A stretch of 64,000 bases of DNA from IMG/VR virus record IMGVR_UViG_3300046333_000120; one strand, written 5' to 3'. The notes below the pieces were generated by a model. The model did no database searches. It was not told where the DNA came from and saw only the letters and a program-made list of their open reading frames with translations. The stretch comes from a virus. The position numbers and the translations under genes are program-made. Positions 41,901 to 51,779 of the stretch are shown here, piece after piece (the first letter of the stretch is position 1; each line of letters starts with the position of its first letter).

Positions 41901-43398
41901 ATTAGATGGTAGTGCTAAATTTAAAAAAGTTATTACACAGAATGAGTTTGGAGAATATTCATGGATATATTTCAATACACTTGGAAATATCTATGCAGTA
42001 AAGGTTGTTGAAGTTATTGATGATTCGCATGTTAAAGTAGCTGGATGGCCATGGAAGTTTGATACTATTTCAGGAGAAACTATAGTTCCTTCTGTTAGAC
42101 TGAATCCATCTAACTTTTCTCTTATTGCAATTAATGGAGAATTTAAATATTCAAAAGGAGGCAGAAATGGTTTTACAAATATCTTGAATGAAACAAATGC
42201 ATATAACTTTGCTAAGAAATTTAACCAGTATGGTAATATAAATTATGCTACAGTTAATATTGATTCTAGTGTTACTCTTAATGATTTTGTGTTAAATATA
42301 GAATCAGGAGTTGATATTATTAAACCATCGTTAATAAGGTCAGAGACTGACCCATATAGACCTAAAGCATATCAATTATCTGCAGGGGAGATTGGAAGTA
42401 TAATAACAGATAGAACCGATGGAGGTTATATAACATTATTACGAAGAATGAATGGTGCTTACAATCCATCATTTAATAATATCATTACATTTTCAGATAG
42501 GTATACAAACCATAAAATTATATTGAATGGAAATAGTGTACGAACTAAATTAATTTATAAAAAGTTTAATAATATTTCAACAGTATTTGATTCGCATAAG
42601 GGAATCGACACTAATTATGGATATATTAACAACTATTTTTTCCATAAAACCAATGCAGAGGATTCTAAAAATATATTAAAACTTTCACAAACATCTGATA
42701 AGTTACCATTATACCCTAAAATCGGAGAGGTTGCTATTGATAAGAAACAAATCAATATGTTTAAATCTAAATACACATTAGATTACTTTACAAAATCCCT
42801 GTCAGGTGGAAATAGTGAATTTGTAAATGGAACATTAAGTCCAGTTGAAAAGAAAACATTTTTATCTTCCACTATAATGAAAGTTAAAGATACGTATGAC
42901 ATTACAAAGTATACGAGTACTCAAGAATTTTCATTAGATGCATTGGATAAAGTTAGATTAAATTTATTAAATGTATCTTCAATACATTGGTATGAAGATG
43001 ATTCAGAAATTATAGCAGATATTTATTTACCTGATGCTATTTTATCAGAATTAATAGAAGACGGAATTGCTACTAAATTTAAAAATTATGTAGTGCCTGA
43101 AAACTCATATGGAGATAAAACAACACTAGATGATGATTTAAAAATATATGCAGATTACAATATTTCTCCAAGATTTATTATAGATGCAATTACAATATAT
43201 GGAATAGAAGGTAAAGATTTAAAAACTGAATTCTACTCTACAAAATACGTATCAGAATTAACTGATGATGGATTTAAACCATTAACTAATTACAATATTC
43301 AAAGTTATCAAAACGATGGATTAAGTTTTAGATTAATATATAATAAGAGAAGCGGGTATTTTTATAATTTTAAAATACACGTTAAAATACAGGCTTAA
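38998..43398 (+). CDS. Large putative virion structural protein
   Basis: 1466 aa; GATATATAA upstream. Confidence 0.55.
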   Translation: MANINTNIENSSIDDKSFALLRTNPKLTSNAKLLVNDNGDLFLSSFRANKELSKIEYQKYAVSSDGRYSDDIAKFYKGLPSTQKYQVLRSNSDTTVFSDYKFQYEDQYQYGAIHNITKLYDEQYKIFAPIWLDKKIPTNFVVYRIEDVDYSVTFDENVQGQNSRIKELLKNATIVKTFDLSKSSNIGKYLNNHINDKLFPESALTINFTEGSQSTFNGIDLNNGGFVSRAEQLDKYYTQIDYPEIFSNEIITQGFERNEIAIANIINLEFLFDDINADNYKIYRYFGLYTDSYEEGSFDSEGMSSSGVINVNSTSYSSVYDTDQYTTPLTMFPLSSEFDIPCIRWVKDKNGTFYNLKNAVNSPYYRLMISHNNVSADMFTGYAKNGKSIITSTNTPNHRGFIKFTVTAVPNQNDRLFICDKTELGISKYNLGDYIVIADPSILPGRANGNKFSNQGSLQQIAMAISAAIRNGEIVTYDVTVDGTSIIIEDYSAGNRRRQNAFGIYNLNFVNFITIDSGELNNVGLVDSIVPPSTNTVFSHWKIYTMIGGSDEGQAVLVDSKEIGNISVGEWVKQKDSNVFVQIIEIEQDPFDTNFYRVVLNIPVKVSNDNTFEIYEPYHVSHGVFAAYDFKDFDFDFYSTKNSKLGDLLYDDSIVSTSTYDGLNGVLGAETIYEDSVQQIIESEYDRLNENQLKETAILSRVVPTICKFELKDATNARNLPYVLNVNEAFGEDNLSPNIEIESGRKVEYMNMEHFHINKIPTRLYGNGQLDFNNYLNFNADAGLTLDRLKNTSFNYFDVHFNWNGYYDSVDNIWYDNTYKKLWSKFDIGNSERNSSAVFRGLRYSYLKRKENQKEVPTEFISDSNVNDYKFGVVFNYNSGSNIETNGVDFNVIKNDVFKFICVVVEVNMVENDVEYIDRYQMYSLTDIILNNQVLDTNIPFFIDFDGSNFSPSNPDQESILEASQFSILDGSAKFKKVITQNEFGEYSWIYFNTLGNIYAVKVVEVIDDSHVKVAGWPWKFDTISGETIVPSVRLNPSNFSLIAINGEFKYSKGGRNGFTNILNETNAYNFAKKFNQYGNINYATVNIDSSVTLNDFVLNIESGVDIIKPSLIRSETDPYRPKAYQLSAGEIGSIITDRTDGGYITLLRRMNGAYNPSFNNIITFSDRYTNHKIILNGNSVRTKLIYKKFNNISTVFDSHKGIDTNYGYINNYFFHKTNAEDSKNILKLSQTSDKLPLYPKIGEVAIDKKQINMFKSKYTLDYFTKSLSGGNSEFVNGTLSPVEKKTFLSSTIMKVKDTYDITKYTSTQEFSLDALDKVRLNLLNVSSIHWYEDDSEIIADIYLPDAILSELIEDGIATKFKNYVVPENSYGDKTTLDDDLKIYADYNISPRFIIDAITIYGIEGKDLKTEFYSTKYVSELTDDGFKPLTNYNIQSYQNDGLSFRLIYNKRSGYFYNFKIHVKIQA

Positions 43399-43401
43399 TT
43401 A

Positions 43402-44754
43402 ATGAAAATTGATATAAAAGAAATATTCAAAAGTGACTTGGACCCTAATAGTCCAGCATGGTGGTCTACTCCTAAAATAGATAAAGTTAACTATAACTTT
43501 TATCAATTAAAAGATGGTGGTATGCCAGGTCCTGATGGTTCGATTGGCCCTGATGGCGATTTTGGAGCAGTTGGAAGTAAAGGATTTCAGGGTGCTACTG
43601 GATATAAAGGATTTCAAGGATTTCAGGGTGCTGCTGCAGATACTGACTGGCTTTATTTTCATGAAGATGCACAAAAACCAGGTTATCTGTTTCCAAAGAA
43701 GATTAGTACAAGTGGTGTACAATACGCGCCAACTCCTATCAGTATTGGAATTAGAACAAATGATAATTACGGTGGCATAAATAGATACGAAAATCCCACA
43801 GGATATGGAGATTGTGTTGTATTATCTAATGTAAATACAACTAATAATACTGGAAGTATAAAATCAAATTTAAGACTTAGTCATAGTAGTAAGGTATGCG
43901 ATTTTAAATTATCTGAAACTAATAATTTACATATTGGTAAATTTATAAGTAGTGATCCTAATTTTTCTATAATACAATATCTCACAACATCTACACTAAA
44001 GTCATATAACTCAGCAGGTGTTGGTACCATATATGCGGCGCATGTCATGGATAATACCAGTGCAATAATAAATGAAATGAATAATGCTAATGCAATTCTT
44101 TCAAATAGCTTAGTCGCTACAACGATATCAAATAGTGTATTTAATTATAATGTTGATGCTAATATTAATTATATATTAGCGTCTGATAATACTGCAGGTA
44201 ATGTTAGATGGAGGAAAAAACGTGAATTATTTCCAAGTTTTCCAATAGGTTCTATAATTTCAATAAGATCATTAGATTTAATTAGTACTTATTTTTATTT
44301 GAATGAAACAATAATACAACAACCTATTGGTGGAGTTTTACCGGCACTTAATATTAGATGGGGAAGAGGTAAATCAAATACTCAATATTCAGGATGGTAT
44401 ATATGTAATGGAAAGGAATGGAAGCCAAGTGACTCTGTCTCTCCATCATATTTAGTACCTAATCTAAATTCATATGATTATTCTATAGCATCAAATGGAG
44501 CAGGTCAACATACAGTAACAGGTGCTGGTAATAATTCACCAATATTAATAGGAGGATCTGATATTTTATTAAATGCAACACAGTCTGCTGGTGTATACAA
44601 TATTTTATATGGAAATACAATACCTGCCAATAACAATGGAACATCAATAATATTAGATAATACATCGTTAACTCCTAATTTATATGTTACAAAACAAATA
44701 CATATTATTTATTTAGAACGAGATGATTTAATTTGGCAAGATCCAGGCGTCTAA
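43402..44754 (+). CDS. Collagen-repeat tail fibre with collar-like domain
   Basis: 13 Gly-X-Y triplets (43519-43635); PIGSII..GWYICNG..PNL collar motif. Confidence 0.75.
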   Translation: MKIDIKEIFKSDLDPNSPAWWSTPKIDKVNYNFYQLKDGGMPGPDGSIGPDGDFGAVGSKGFQGATGYKGFQGFQGAAADTDWLYFHEDAQKPGYLFPKKISTSGVQYAPTPISIGIRTNDNYGGINRYENPTGYGDCVVLSNVNTTNNTGSIKSNLRLSHSSKVCDFKLSETNNLHIGKFISSDPNFSIIQYLTTSTLKSYNSAGVGTIYAAHVMDNTSAIINEMNNANAILSNSLVATTISNSVFNYNVDANINYILASDNTAGNVRWRKKRELFPSFPIGSIISIRSLDLISTYFYLNETIIQQPIGGVLPALNIRWGRGKSNTQYSGWYICNGKEWKPSDSVSPSYLVPNLNSYDYSIASNGAGQHTVTGAGNNSPILIGGSDILLNATQSAGVYNILYGNTIPANNNGTSIILDNTSLTPNLYVTKQIHIIYLERDDLIWQDPGV

Positions 44755-44797
44755 TAATATTTAATGAATATATAGTAATATAAATATAGAATAAGAA

Positions 44798-47611
44798 ATG
44801 GCAATTAATTTAAAACAAATTAGTGTTTCTGATAGTGATAATATCAAATTAGACAAAGTTAATTATAATTTTGACCAATTAGTGTCAAATGGTGGAGGAC
44901 CTCAAGGTAATATTGGACCTAAGGGAGACACTGGACCACAGGGAATTACTGGAGCAACTGGAGAAAAAGGATATCAAGGATATCAGGGGTTTCAAGGACC
45001 TGCAGGATCTATTGATACTGCAACCTGGAAAAGAATTCAAGGATCTGGTGCAAGTTTAACTGCCGATACAATATTACCTATTCATAGATCAGATACAATG
45101 TTATATCCACCTGTGGTTAGCATTGGATTTTTAGAGACAGATGCTGAATATAATACTGCACAACCATTTGATGGAATTAATTCGCCATATCAGTGGATAA
45201 TTAATAGAAAAAATCATTTTAAATCAAATTTAAGATTAACCAACGCCAGCATATCTAATTATTTTGATTTTATAATGAGTTACGATTCTGTAACTAATAA
45301 AAATAACTTAACAATAGAAGCAAGTAATGGTATACAATCTACTATTACATGGTATGCTCAGAATCATATATTTAAAAGTAATGTTACTGGAGTAACACTA
45401 TTAAATATATCAGATACATCTATAACATATAATACTGATGTTATTTTTAATAGACCAGTTACTATTAATAGAAACTTGACAATATCAAATTCAAATGCGG
45501 GTACAAATAAGATAGCAGTCGCTGTAGATAGTACTGGTAAAGTTGCATTTAAAACTGCATTAGAAATAGGTGGAATAGTTCCAGTAGGGACTATAATTTC
45601 TATTTTACCTTCTATTTTTACCGATTCTACAAAATTTATTAACAGTCAAATTTATAGTGCAAATACTCCATCAACACAGATTCTACCAGTTCCTATTAAA
45701 GTAGGCGGTGGAATTGGCGATTATACAGGATGGTATTTATGTAATGGAAAAACATGGACAAATGGTATCAGTAATTATGCATTACCAGACTTAAATTCAT
45801 TTTCATATTCTATTGCTGATAATACAACAACATACGCATCAAATAGCCAAGGATTTGCAAGTGTTACAAATAATGAGATAGCTTTAATAGGTGGCGCGGA
45901 TGCCAATTTAACAGCAACAACATCTTCTCCTGGTATTTACACGATTAACGGAGCAGTACAAACTACAAGCGTGCCATTAACTGCAAATGGCAGTGGTACA
46001 TCGCTTACAATTAGAAAATTACCTCAAATCATATATTTAGGTGTTGCAGATCTTTATTGGACAGATAAAGGTACTTCCCCACAGTCAACTAATACATATA
46101 CATTTGATGATTTAAATAATACAGCAACTGGATGTGCTACGGTTACAGTGAGTGACACTAGAGCTGAAGGAACAGTATCTCCTGCAATTACATTTACAAG
46201 AGTAATAACAGCACCAAGTTCTTATTATTTCCAAACAATACCTACCGTTGCTTCATTTATCGAAGCAGGTACAGGATATGCTGTAACTAATGTGGTAGCT
46301 GGAAGTGGAACATATCCAACAACAATAACGGTCACTGTAAGTGTATCATTGCAAGAAGTTAATGGCACACAAAGAAGTATAACGTATAATACGACAAGTA
46401 ATATTGCAACAATTCCAGCATATACTATAACTTATAAATTTATAGATGAGAATACAAACAATGGAGTTCCGACTGTTCAAATAACAAATACAGGTGTTGC
46501 AGGTTCTTCTACTATACCATTAGGTAATGTTCTTATTAGTGCAGCATCACTTAGTCCAGGAATGCATTGGACTTCTGTTCCAACGTTTACTACTCCCGCA
46601 GGAAGTGGGCTAAGTTTTAGTGCAACCATAGATACCACGGATACGACTGATAAAACAATAAAAATAGCAACAAGTGTTACTAGCCAACCAGCTGATGGAG
46701 CATTTAGTGGAAATATAGTAGAAATTAAATATAATTCACTTGCATTTAAAGTATATGACACAGTATCTTTAACCTTAACTAGAGCAAATTCTCCAGCATT
46801 TGTATCTATTACAACGCCGCCTGTTAGTAACTCAATAACTAATTTCCATTATCAAAATGGTTGGACCGGAAATGTTATTATCAATGCAAACTCAGGATAT
46901 ACATATAGTAGTCCGAATGATGTTAATATGTATAGTAAAGATACATACCAACCTGGAGATACATATTCAAATGGACCAACATGGGATAGTTTAGAGTATA
47001 TAATTAATTCTAGAGTATGGACTCCAAGTACTACTGTAGGAAAATCAATTACAATGAATATTACCATTAAAGGCGATTTATCGGCAGGTTCAACATATTA
47101 TTATGGAATAGCAGGAAACCCTGTATTGACATCAATATTTACCTTTGTTTCACATGTAGGTGATCCTCAGACTTCATCGTCAGGTCCTATTGTTAGTGCA
47201 AGTACTAATGGTGGAAATTATTCATATAGTGGAATTAATATTGTTGATATGAATGGAACTACAAATCAATATGTACACTTAGTATTGGATGGAAACAGAC
47301 CAGTGGGTCTCTTTGGTGGAACTAGAGCTGGAACCCTTAACATATCAGTGGAGCCAGGATATGCTGGTAGTGTAATAGTTGTACCTAATGGAACTCCTAC
47401 TCCATTTTCGATATCAGGCGAAGATTTAGAGGCTACACCAACTGCTAGTGTTGGATCATTCTATCTATCACCAGGAAGATACCGTGTAACTATGACTGCT
47501 TCAGTATCTAATGCACCAACTAGTCAATACGGACAGAACTCTAGTGCTGTTTCATATTTATATATGTCAAATAATAATACTAATCCATGGACATTGATTG
47601 GAACATGGTAA
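44798..47611 (+). CDS. Collagen-repeat tail fibre paralog with Thr/Ser-rich C-terminal extension
   Basis: 13 Gly-X-Y triplets (44897-45013); PVGTII..GWYLCNG..PDL; long beta-rich tail. Confidence 0.75.
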   Translation: MAINLKQISVSDSDNIKLDKVNYNFDQLVSNGGGPQGNIGPKGDTGPQGITGATGEKGYQGYQGFQGPAGSIDTATWKRIQGSGASLTADTILPIHRSDTMLYPPVVSIGFLETDAEYNTAQPFDGINSPYQWIINRKNHFKSNLRLTNASISNYFDFIMSYDSVTNKNNLTIEASNGIQSTITWYAQNHIFKSNVTGVTLLNISDTSITYNTDVIFNRPVTINRNLTISNSNAGTNKIAVAVDSTGKVAFKTALEIGGIVPVGTIISILPSIFTDSTKFINSQIYSANTPSTQILPVPIKVGGGIGDYTGWYLCNGKTWTNGISNYALPDLNSFSYSIADNTTTYASNSQGFASVTNNEIALIGGADANLTATTSSPGIYTINGAVQTTSVPLTANGSGTSLTIRKLPQIIYLGVADLYWTDKGTSPQSTNTYTFDDLNNTATGCATVTVSDTRAEGTVSPAITFTRVITAPSSYYFQTIPTVASFIEAGTGYAVTNVVAGSGTYPTTITVTVSVSLQEVNGTQRSITYNTTSNIATIPAYTITYKFIDENTNNGVPTVQITNTGVAGSSTIPLGNVLISAASLSPGMHWTSVPTFTTPAGSGLSFSATIDTTDTTDKTIKIATSVTSQPADGAFSGNIVEIKYNSLAFKVYDTVSLTLTRANSPAFVSITTPPVSNSITNFHYQNGWTGNVIINANSGYTYSSPNDVNMYSKDTYQPGDTYSNGPTWDSLEYIINSRVWTPSTTVGKSITMNITIKGDLSAGSTYYYGIAGNPVLTSIFTFVSHVGDPQTSSSGPIVSASTNGGNYSYSGINIVDMNGTTNQYVHLVLDGNRPVGLFGGTRAGTLNISVEPGYAGSVIVVPNGTPTPFSISGEDLEATPTASVGSFYLSPGRYRVTMTASVSNAPTSQYGQNSSAVSYLYMSNNNTNPWTLIGTW

Positions 47612-47626
47612 AATAAATAATAATTC

Positions 47627-48463
47627 ATGAATAAAATTAATCAATACGTAGAATATTTAAAAAATCTAAAGTCTAAAATTTCAAGAACAACCCTAATTTT
47701 TATTGGGGTTGTTCTTCTTGTTTTATTACTATTACAACAATGCGATTCTAATGCTTCTCTTAGACGTGAAATTAAACAAGTTCAATTAGTAGCAGATAGG
47801 GAACTTAATAATTATAAAGCAAGTCTAGATACTATTAAAATCGAAAGAAATAAAAATAATGATTTAGTTGCAATCAAAAAAACATATGAATTTGATATAA
47901 ATTCATTAACTGCAGATAATAAAAAACTAATTACAAATTATCAAAGTGCTCTTAATCTTTCAAAGGAATTTAAAGATATTAACTCATTATTGAAAATAGA
48001 AATTAAAAGTAAGGATTCTATTATTAATGCTAAATCAAATGTATCATATGTTAATGATACATTAAGTATTATTAATTTTACCGATGAAAAAAATTGGGAT
48101 AAATATAATTGGAGAAGATTCAATGGAAAGGTTGGAGTATTTAGAAATAGTAAGACAAATTTTTTATTGGTTCAATCTAGTCAATTTAATTTTGAACAAG
48201 GAATTGAATTAAAGGCTGCAATACTAAGTGAAAATGGAGTGAGAACATTAAAGATAAGTACACCTTATTCTGGAATTACTTTCACTAATATAGAAAATAT
48301 AAATTTAGTTAATGATAAACTAAATGAAAAAAATGAAAAAAAAGCAGGTTGGTCAATAGGAGTTGGTTTAGGATATGGAATAAACCTTGGAAATGGAGTA
48401 TTAACCCTAGGACCATCTCTTAACGTAGGTATATTATGGTCACCAAAATGGCTTAGATTTTAA
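47627..48463 (+). CDS. Membrane-anchored coiled-coil protein (possible spanin-like)
   Basis: N-terminal TM helix ending LLQQC, coiled coil, C-terminal amphipathic beta-strands ending in Phe. Confidence 0.45.
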   Translation: MNKINQYVEYLKNLKSKISRTTLIFIGVVLLVLLLLQQCDSNASLRREIKQVQLVADRELNNYKASLDTIKIERNKNNDLVAIKKTYEFDINSLTADNKKLITNYQSALNLSKEFKDINSLLKIEIKSKDSIINAKSNVSYVNDTLSIINFTDEKNWDKYNWRRFNGKVGVFRNSKTNFLLVQSSQFNFEQGIELKAAILSENGVRTLKISTPYSGITFTNIENINLVNDKLNEKNEKKAGWSIGVGLGYGINLGNGVLTLGPSLNVGILWSPKWLRF

Positions 48464-48477
48464 AAAACAATAAAGAA

Positions 48478-50541
48478 ATGGCAAAATCATCAAGATTCTT
48501 AAGAATAGACGAAGATGTATTATTAGAATTCATCTATCACGATCAATCGAATTCCGATCAGGTTAAGATTGAAAATGATAATAATGGAACTCAAATTAAA
48601 TACTTAAATACAGTCGATGGAGACAATAGTGCTTCAAGATTCTTAATTAGCGAGCTAGGTGCAGATGTTGTTGAGTTTACAGTTACAACTTCAAGTGGAT
48701 ATGTTATAATAAATAGTTTTGCAAGTAGACAACTTTTACTTAGAAATGGTAAAACATATAAATTCGATTTAACAGATTCAAGTATTAATAATGTAGCTGG
48801 ATTTACAATTCCAGGAGGTGCAGGTTATTTAAATGGACAAATATACGTCTATACCCCAACAACAAATGGAACATTTAAATATGAATATACTGATTTAGCT
48901 GAAACTAGTTTTATTGGAGGTCAAATTGAAGTTTCAAATAGAGCAAGTTCTCTTTTTTCAGTTCCAGAAGCACAAACTGGAAATGATATTAAAACAGCAC
49001 CTGGAGAATCTGGTAGATATTATGCAGTTCCTACTGATACTAGTGGAACCTTAGCACTATTAAATAATTCATTAAATTATCTAGATTCAACAGAATGGTT
49101 AGGAACTAATTCAAGTTCTCTTAGTGTAATTCCTACTTCAACTGTAAATGCAGTGTGGTATGATACAATAAGACTTCATTTGCGAACTGGTTATTCTTTT
49201 TCCGGAAGAGGATATGATGGATTTTTATTTCAAACAAAGATTAAAAGGCATTCTGGCATTTATAATTATTTTAATTCTACAGTTTACTTAAACTCTTCAA
49301 GTTTTGAACTTCAAAATCCAAATCCATTTATTTTAGCAGATACTTCATATTCAAAATATATTGAGATTAAAGTACCTACTTTAGTAAGTATGTATGACCC
49401 TACTAAAAATTTAGAATTTGAAGAAAGTTTCTTTGGAACTACAGGTTCTTTAGATGCAATTAATCCTTCAATAAATTATGAAATTGATTTTAAATTAATC
49501 AATGAAGTAGTTACAATAGGAGGATATGATTATATTCAAGTGGCTGAAGGTAACTCTCTTACTCTTTCACAGGAAGACGAGTATGTTGATATTTCATTAA
49601 ATGTAGAACATTCAACCGAAGGTGACTATTTTGAAATATATGGAACTAAAGATGGTTCTACTGCAGGATTTGAAAGTTATATTAATGGAAGGATGCAAAC
49701 ATCTGGAGATGATTTAACTATTTTCTATGAAGTACAAGTAAGCGAACAGTTAGGTCTTAATTATATTAATACCTTTTCAAATACATTTACACAAACATCA
49801 CAGTTCGATCAACCTATTGTATTTAGACCAGTGATTATGAACTCATCTATTTCAAATAACTTTACAATTACGGTAAATATGAGAATTTATAATGAGACAG
49901 ATAATACCCAGATATTAAAAGTAGCATCATTAATTTATAGTCAACCTAAAAAGTATGGTAAAAAATTATTGAAGTTAAATTTAAACTCAAGTTTTTCACC
50001 AACTGTGGTTTATAATACATTACCAAATACATCAGTTAATAGAGAATTAAATCAATTTGTTAATTCAATAAGACCATCCATAGGAGAAACTAAATATGTT
50101 CCAGTTGCATTAGATACATACGGTATTGTTGCATCAAATAGTAAAATATCAACAGATGGCGCAGACGTAACATCAACGGCAGACATTAAATATGATACAG
50201 AAGGAAATGGTATTATTACATTGTCAAAGGTATCAGATAACTTTATTAAATTTAAAGTTGCAAAACCAGGGGATGGAGTTCTTAATGCAATAAGTCTTGT
50301 AAATGCAGAAGACATGATATTAATTATTAAGAGTGGAACTATAGAAGAAAGAATTTCACATGACCCTTCATTTCCAGGAGTGGATATGGGTAATGGAGAA
50401 GTTTTCTTTAAAATTGCAAAGAGTACAGCAGTTAGATTTGACCAATCAGATACAAATCAAAATGCCGATAAATTTTATATTAACATAAAAAATGGTGGTA
50501 CTGAATCTTTATTGTACTACGGAAAAGTTAACATTATATAA
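48478..50541 (+). CDS. Putative virion structural protein
   Basis: Large beta-rich ORF in the tail module. Confidence 0.5.
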   Translation: MAKSSRFLRIDEDVLLEFIYHDQSNSDQVKIENDNNGTQIKYLNTVDGDNSASRFLISELGADVVEFTVTTSSGYVIINSFASRQLLLRNGKTYKFDLTDSSINNVAGFTIPGGAGYLNGQIYVYTPTTNGTFKYEYTDLAETSFIGGQIEVSNRASSLFSVPEAQTGNDIKTAPGESGRYYAVPTDTSGTLALLNNSLNYLDSTEWLGTNSSSLSVIPTSTVNAVWYDTIRLHLRTGYSFSGRGYDGFLFQTKIKRHSGIYNYFNSTVYLNSSSFELQNPNPFILADTSYSKYIEIKVPTLVSMYDPTKNLEFEESFFGTTGSLDAINPSINYEIDFKLINEVVTIGGYDYIQVAEGNSLTLSQEDEYVDISLNVEHSTEGDYFEIYGTKDGSTAGFESYINGRMQTSGDDLTIFYEVQVSEQLGLNYINTFSNTFTQTSQFDQPIVFRPVIMNSSISNNFTITVNMRIYNETDNTQILKVASLIYSQPKKYGKKLLKLNLNSSFSPTVVYNTLPNTSVNRELNQFVNSIRPSIGETKYVPVALDTYGIVASNSKISTDGADVTSTADIKYDTEGNGIITLSKVSDNFIKFKVAKPGDGVLNAISLVNAEDMILIIKSGTIEERISHDPSFPGVDMGNGEVFFKIAKSTAVRFDQSDTNQNADKFYINIKNGGTESLLYYGKVNII

Positions 50542-51092
50542 TGATTTTAAATAGTAGAAATAATTTATTCAATTTCAAATTCCCTAGGACTTTTATTCCT
50601 AAGGAAGTTGCTGACAAATATCGAAAGTATTTGAATAGAATGCCAGGTAATTTAATTTCAGAACCAATTGATTTTATAAATTATTCAATTCAGGGTGTTA
50701 ATCTTCCGGGTATTACATTTGATCCTATTGAAGTAGCACCCAATGATGGAACAATAACATATCATAGAGGTTCGATTCCAATACAAAATACAATTGATAG
50801 ACAATTTAAAGTTACAATGCAACTTTTAGATGGTTATATTAATTATTGGATTATGCAAGATACTTTACTTTATTATTATTCAAAAACAGTAAGGGAACCA
50901 TGGTTAAACGATATTAAACTCCAAATAATGGATGCTGAAGGTATTCATATAATGAGTGCTGTATTTGAAAAACCAATTATGAACTCAATATCTGAACTTG
51001 ATTTAAATATGAGTTCAAATATTGCAGAGTTTACTACATTTGATTTAAACTTCTATTATAACAAGTTTAATATTCAATTAGAAATAGATTAA
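50541..51092 (+). CDS. Tail tube/tail terminator-fold protein (T4 gp3/gp19-like)
   Basis: IQGVNLPGITF..F.VTMQL.D..INYW..SELDL..F..FYY. Confidence 0.6.
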   Translation: MILNSRNNLFNFKFPRTFIPKEVADKYRKYLNRMPGNLISEPIDFINYSIQGVNLPGITFDPIEVAPNDGTITYHRGSIPIQNTIDRQFKVTMQLLDGYINYWIMQDTLLYYYSKTVREPWLNDIKLQIMDAEGIHIMSAVFEKPIMNSISELDLNMSSNIAEFTTFDLNFYYNKFNIQLEID

Positions 51093-51104
51093 GATATATA
51101 AAGT

Positions 51105-51410
51105 ATGAAAACATTTGATGATTATATAAACGAAGGAAAGGTTACTATAGATAACCTAACATTTGCAATACAGACTATTGTAGATAGAAAGGGATTAGCT
51201 ATAACATTTATACCTGATTCAAAAACATTAGATACAATTCATATTAATGGTAAAAACACTATTGTAGATATTATTGAAAAGAAAATGGCTAAAAGTTCTC
51301 CACTAATATCAACATGTATGTGGTTTGAAGCTGGTCATGACGCTGCAGGATTTACGTTTAGAATTGATCCTACTGAATTAACTGACGAATTAACTAAAGC
51401 ATTTAAATAA
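51105..51410 (+). CDS. Small protein with capsid-targeting-like leader
   Basis: MKTFDDYINE; GATATATAA upstream. Confidence 0.65.
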   Translation: MKTFDDYINEGKVTIDNLTFAIQTIVDRKGLAITFIPDSKTLDTIHINGKNTIVDIIEKKMAKSSPLISTCMWFEAGHDAAGFTFRIDPTELTDELTKAFK

Positions 51411-51778
51411 TGAAAACATTTTTAGATTATATTAAAGAGGAAAATATATCCGATAAAGAATTAGCAATATTAACAGAATCTCTACAAACAGAGTGGACTG
51501 AAGAATTAGAAGCTAAAGTTGATGCTGCAATTGAAGAGTTTGCTTCAACATATAAAAATCTGGATGGTACTTATGATATTCATGCCTTTAATGAAGAGCT
51601 TACAAACGAAGGAGTATTAGGAAGCATATTTGGTGGATTGGCAGGTTTTGCACTTGGTAAAACTATTGGTAAAACACTGGCAAATATTCTTGGGATTACT
51701 TCAGGTATTATGTATGATATGTTAACTTCGAGATTAGTAGGAGCTGCATTAGGTTCTTCGCTTGGTAACAAAATATAA
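51410..51778 (+). CDS. Leader-bearing glycine-zipper membrane protein
   Basis: MKTFLDYIKEE, LTNE/G then GxxxG repeats GVLGSIFGGLAGFALGKTIG. Confidence 0.65.
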   Translation: MKTFLDYIKEENISDKELAILTESLQTEWTEELEAKVDAAIEEFASTYKNLDGTYDIHAFNEELTNEGVLGSIFGGLAGFALGKTIGKTLANILGITSGIMYDMLTSRLVGAALGSSLGNKI

Positions 51779-51779
51779 T

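Noticed and set aside
43402-47611. Diversity-generating retroelement or invertible fibre cassette
   Set aside because: No reverse transcriptase, recombinase, or template/variable repeat pair is visible in the window.
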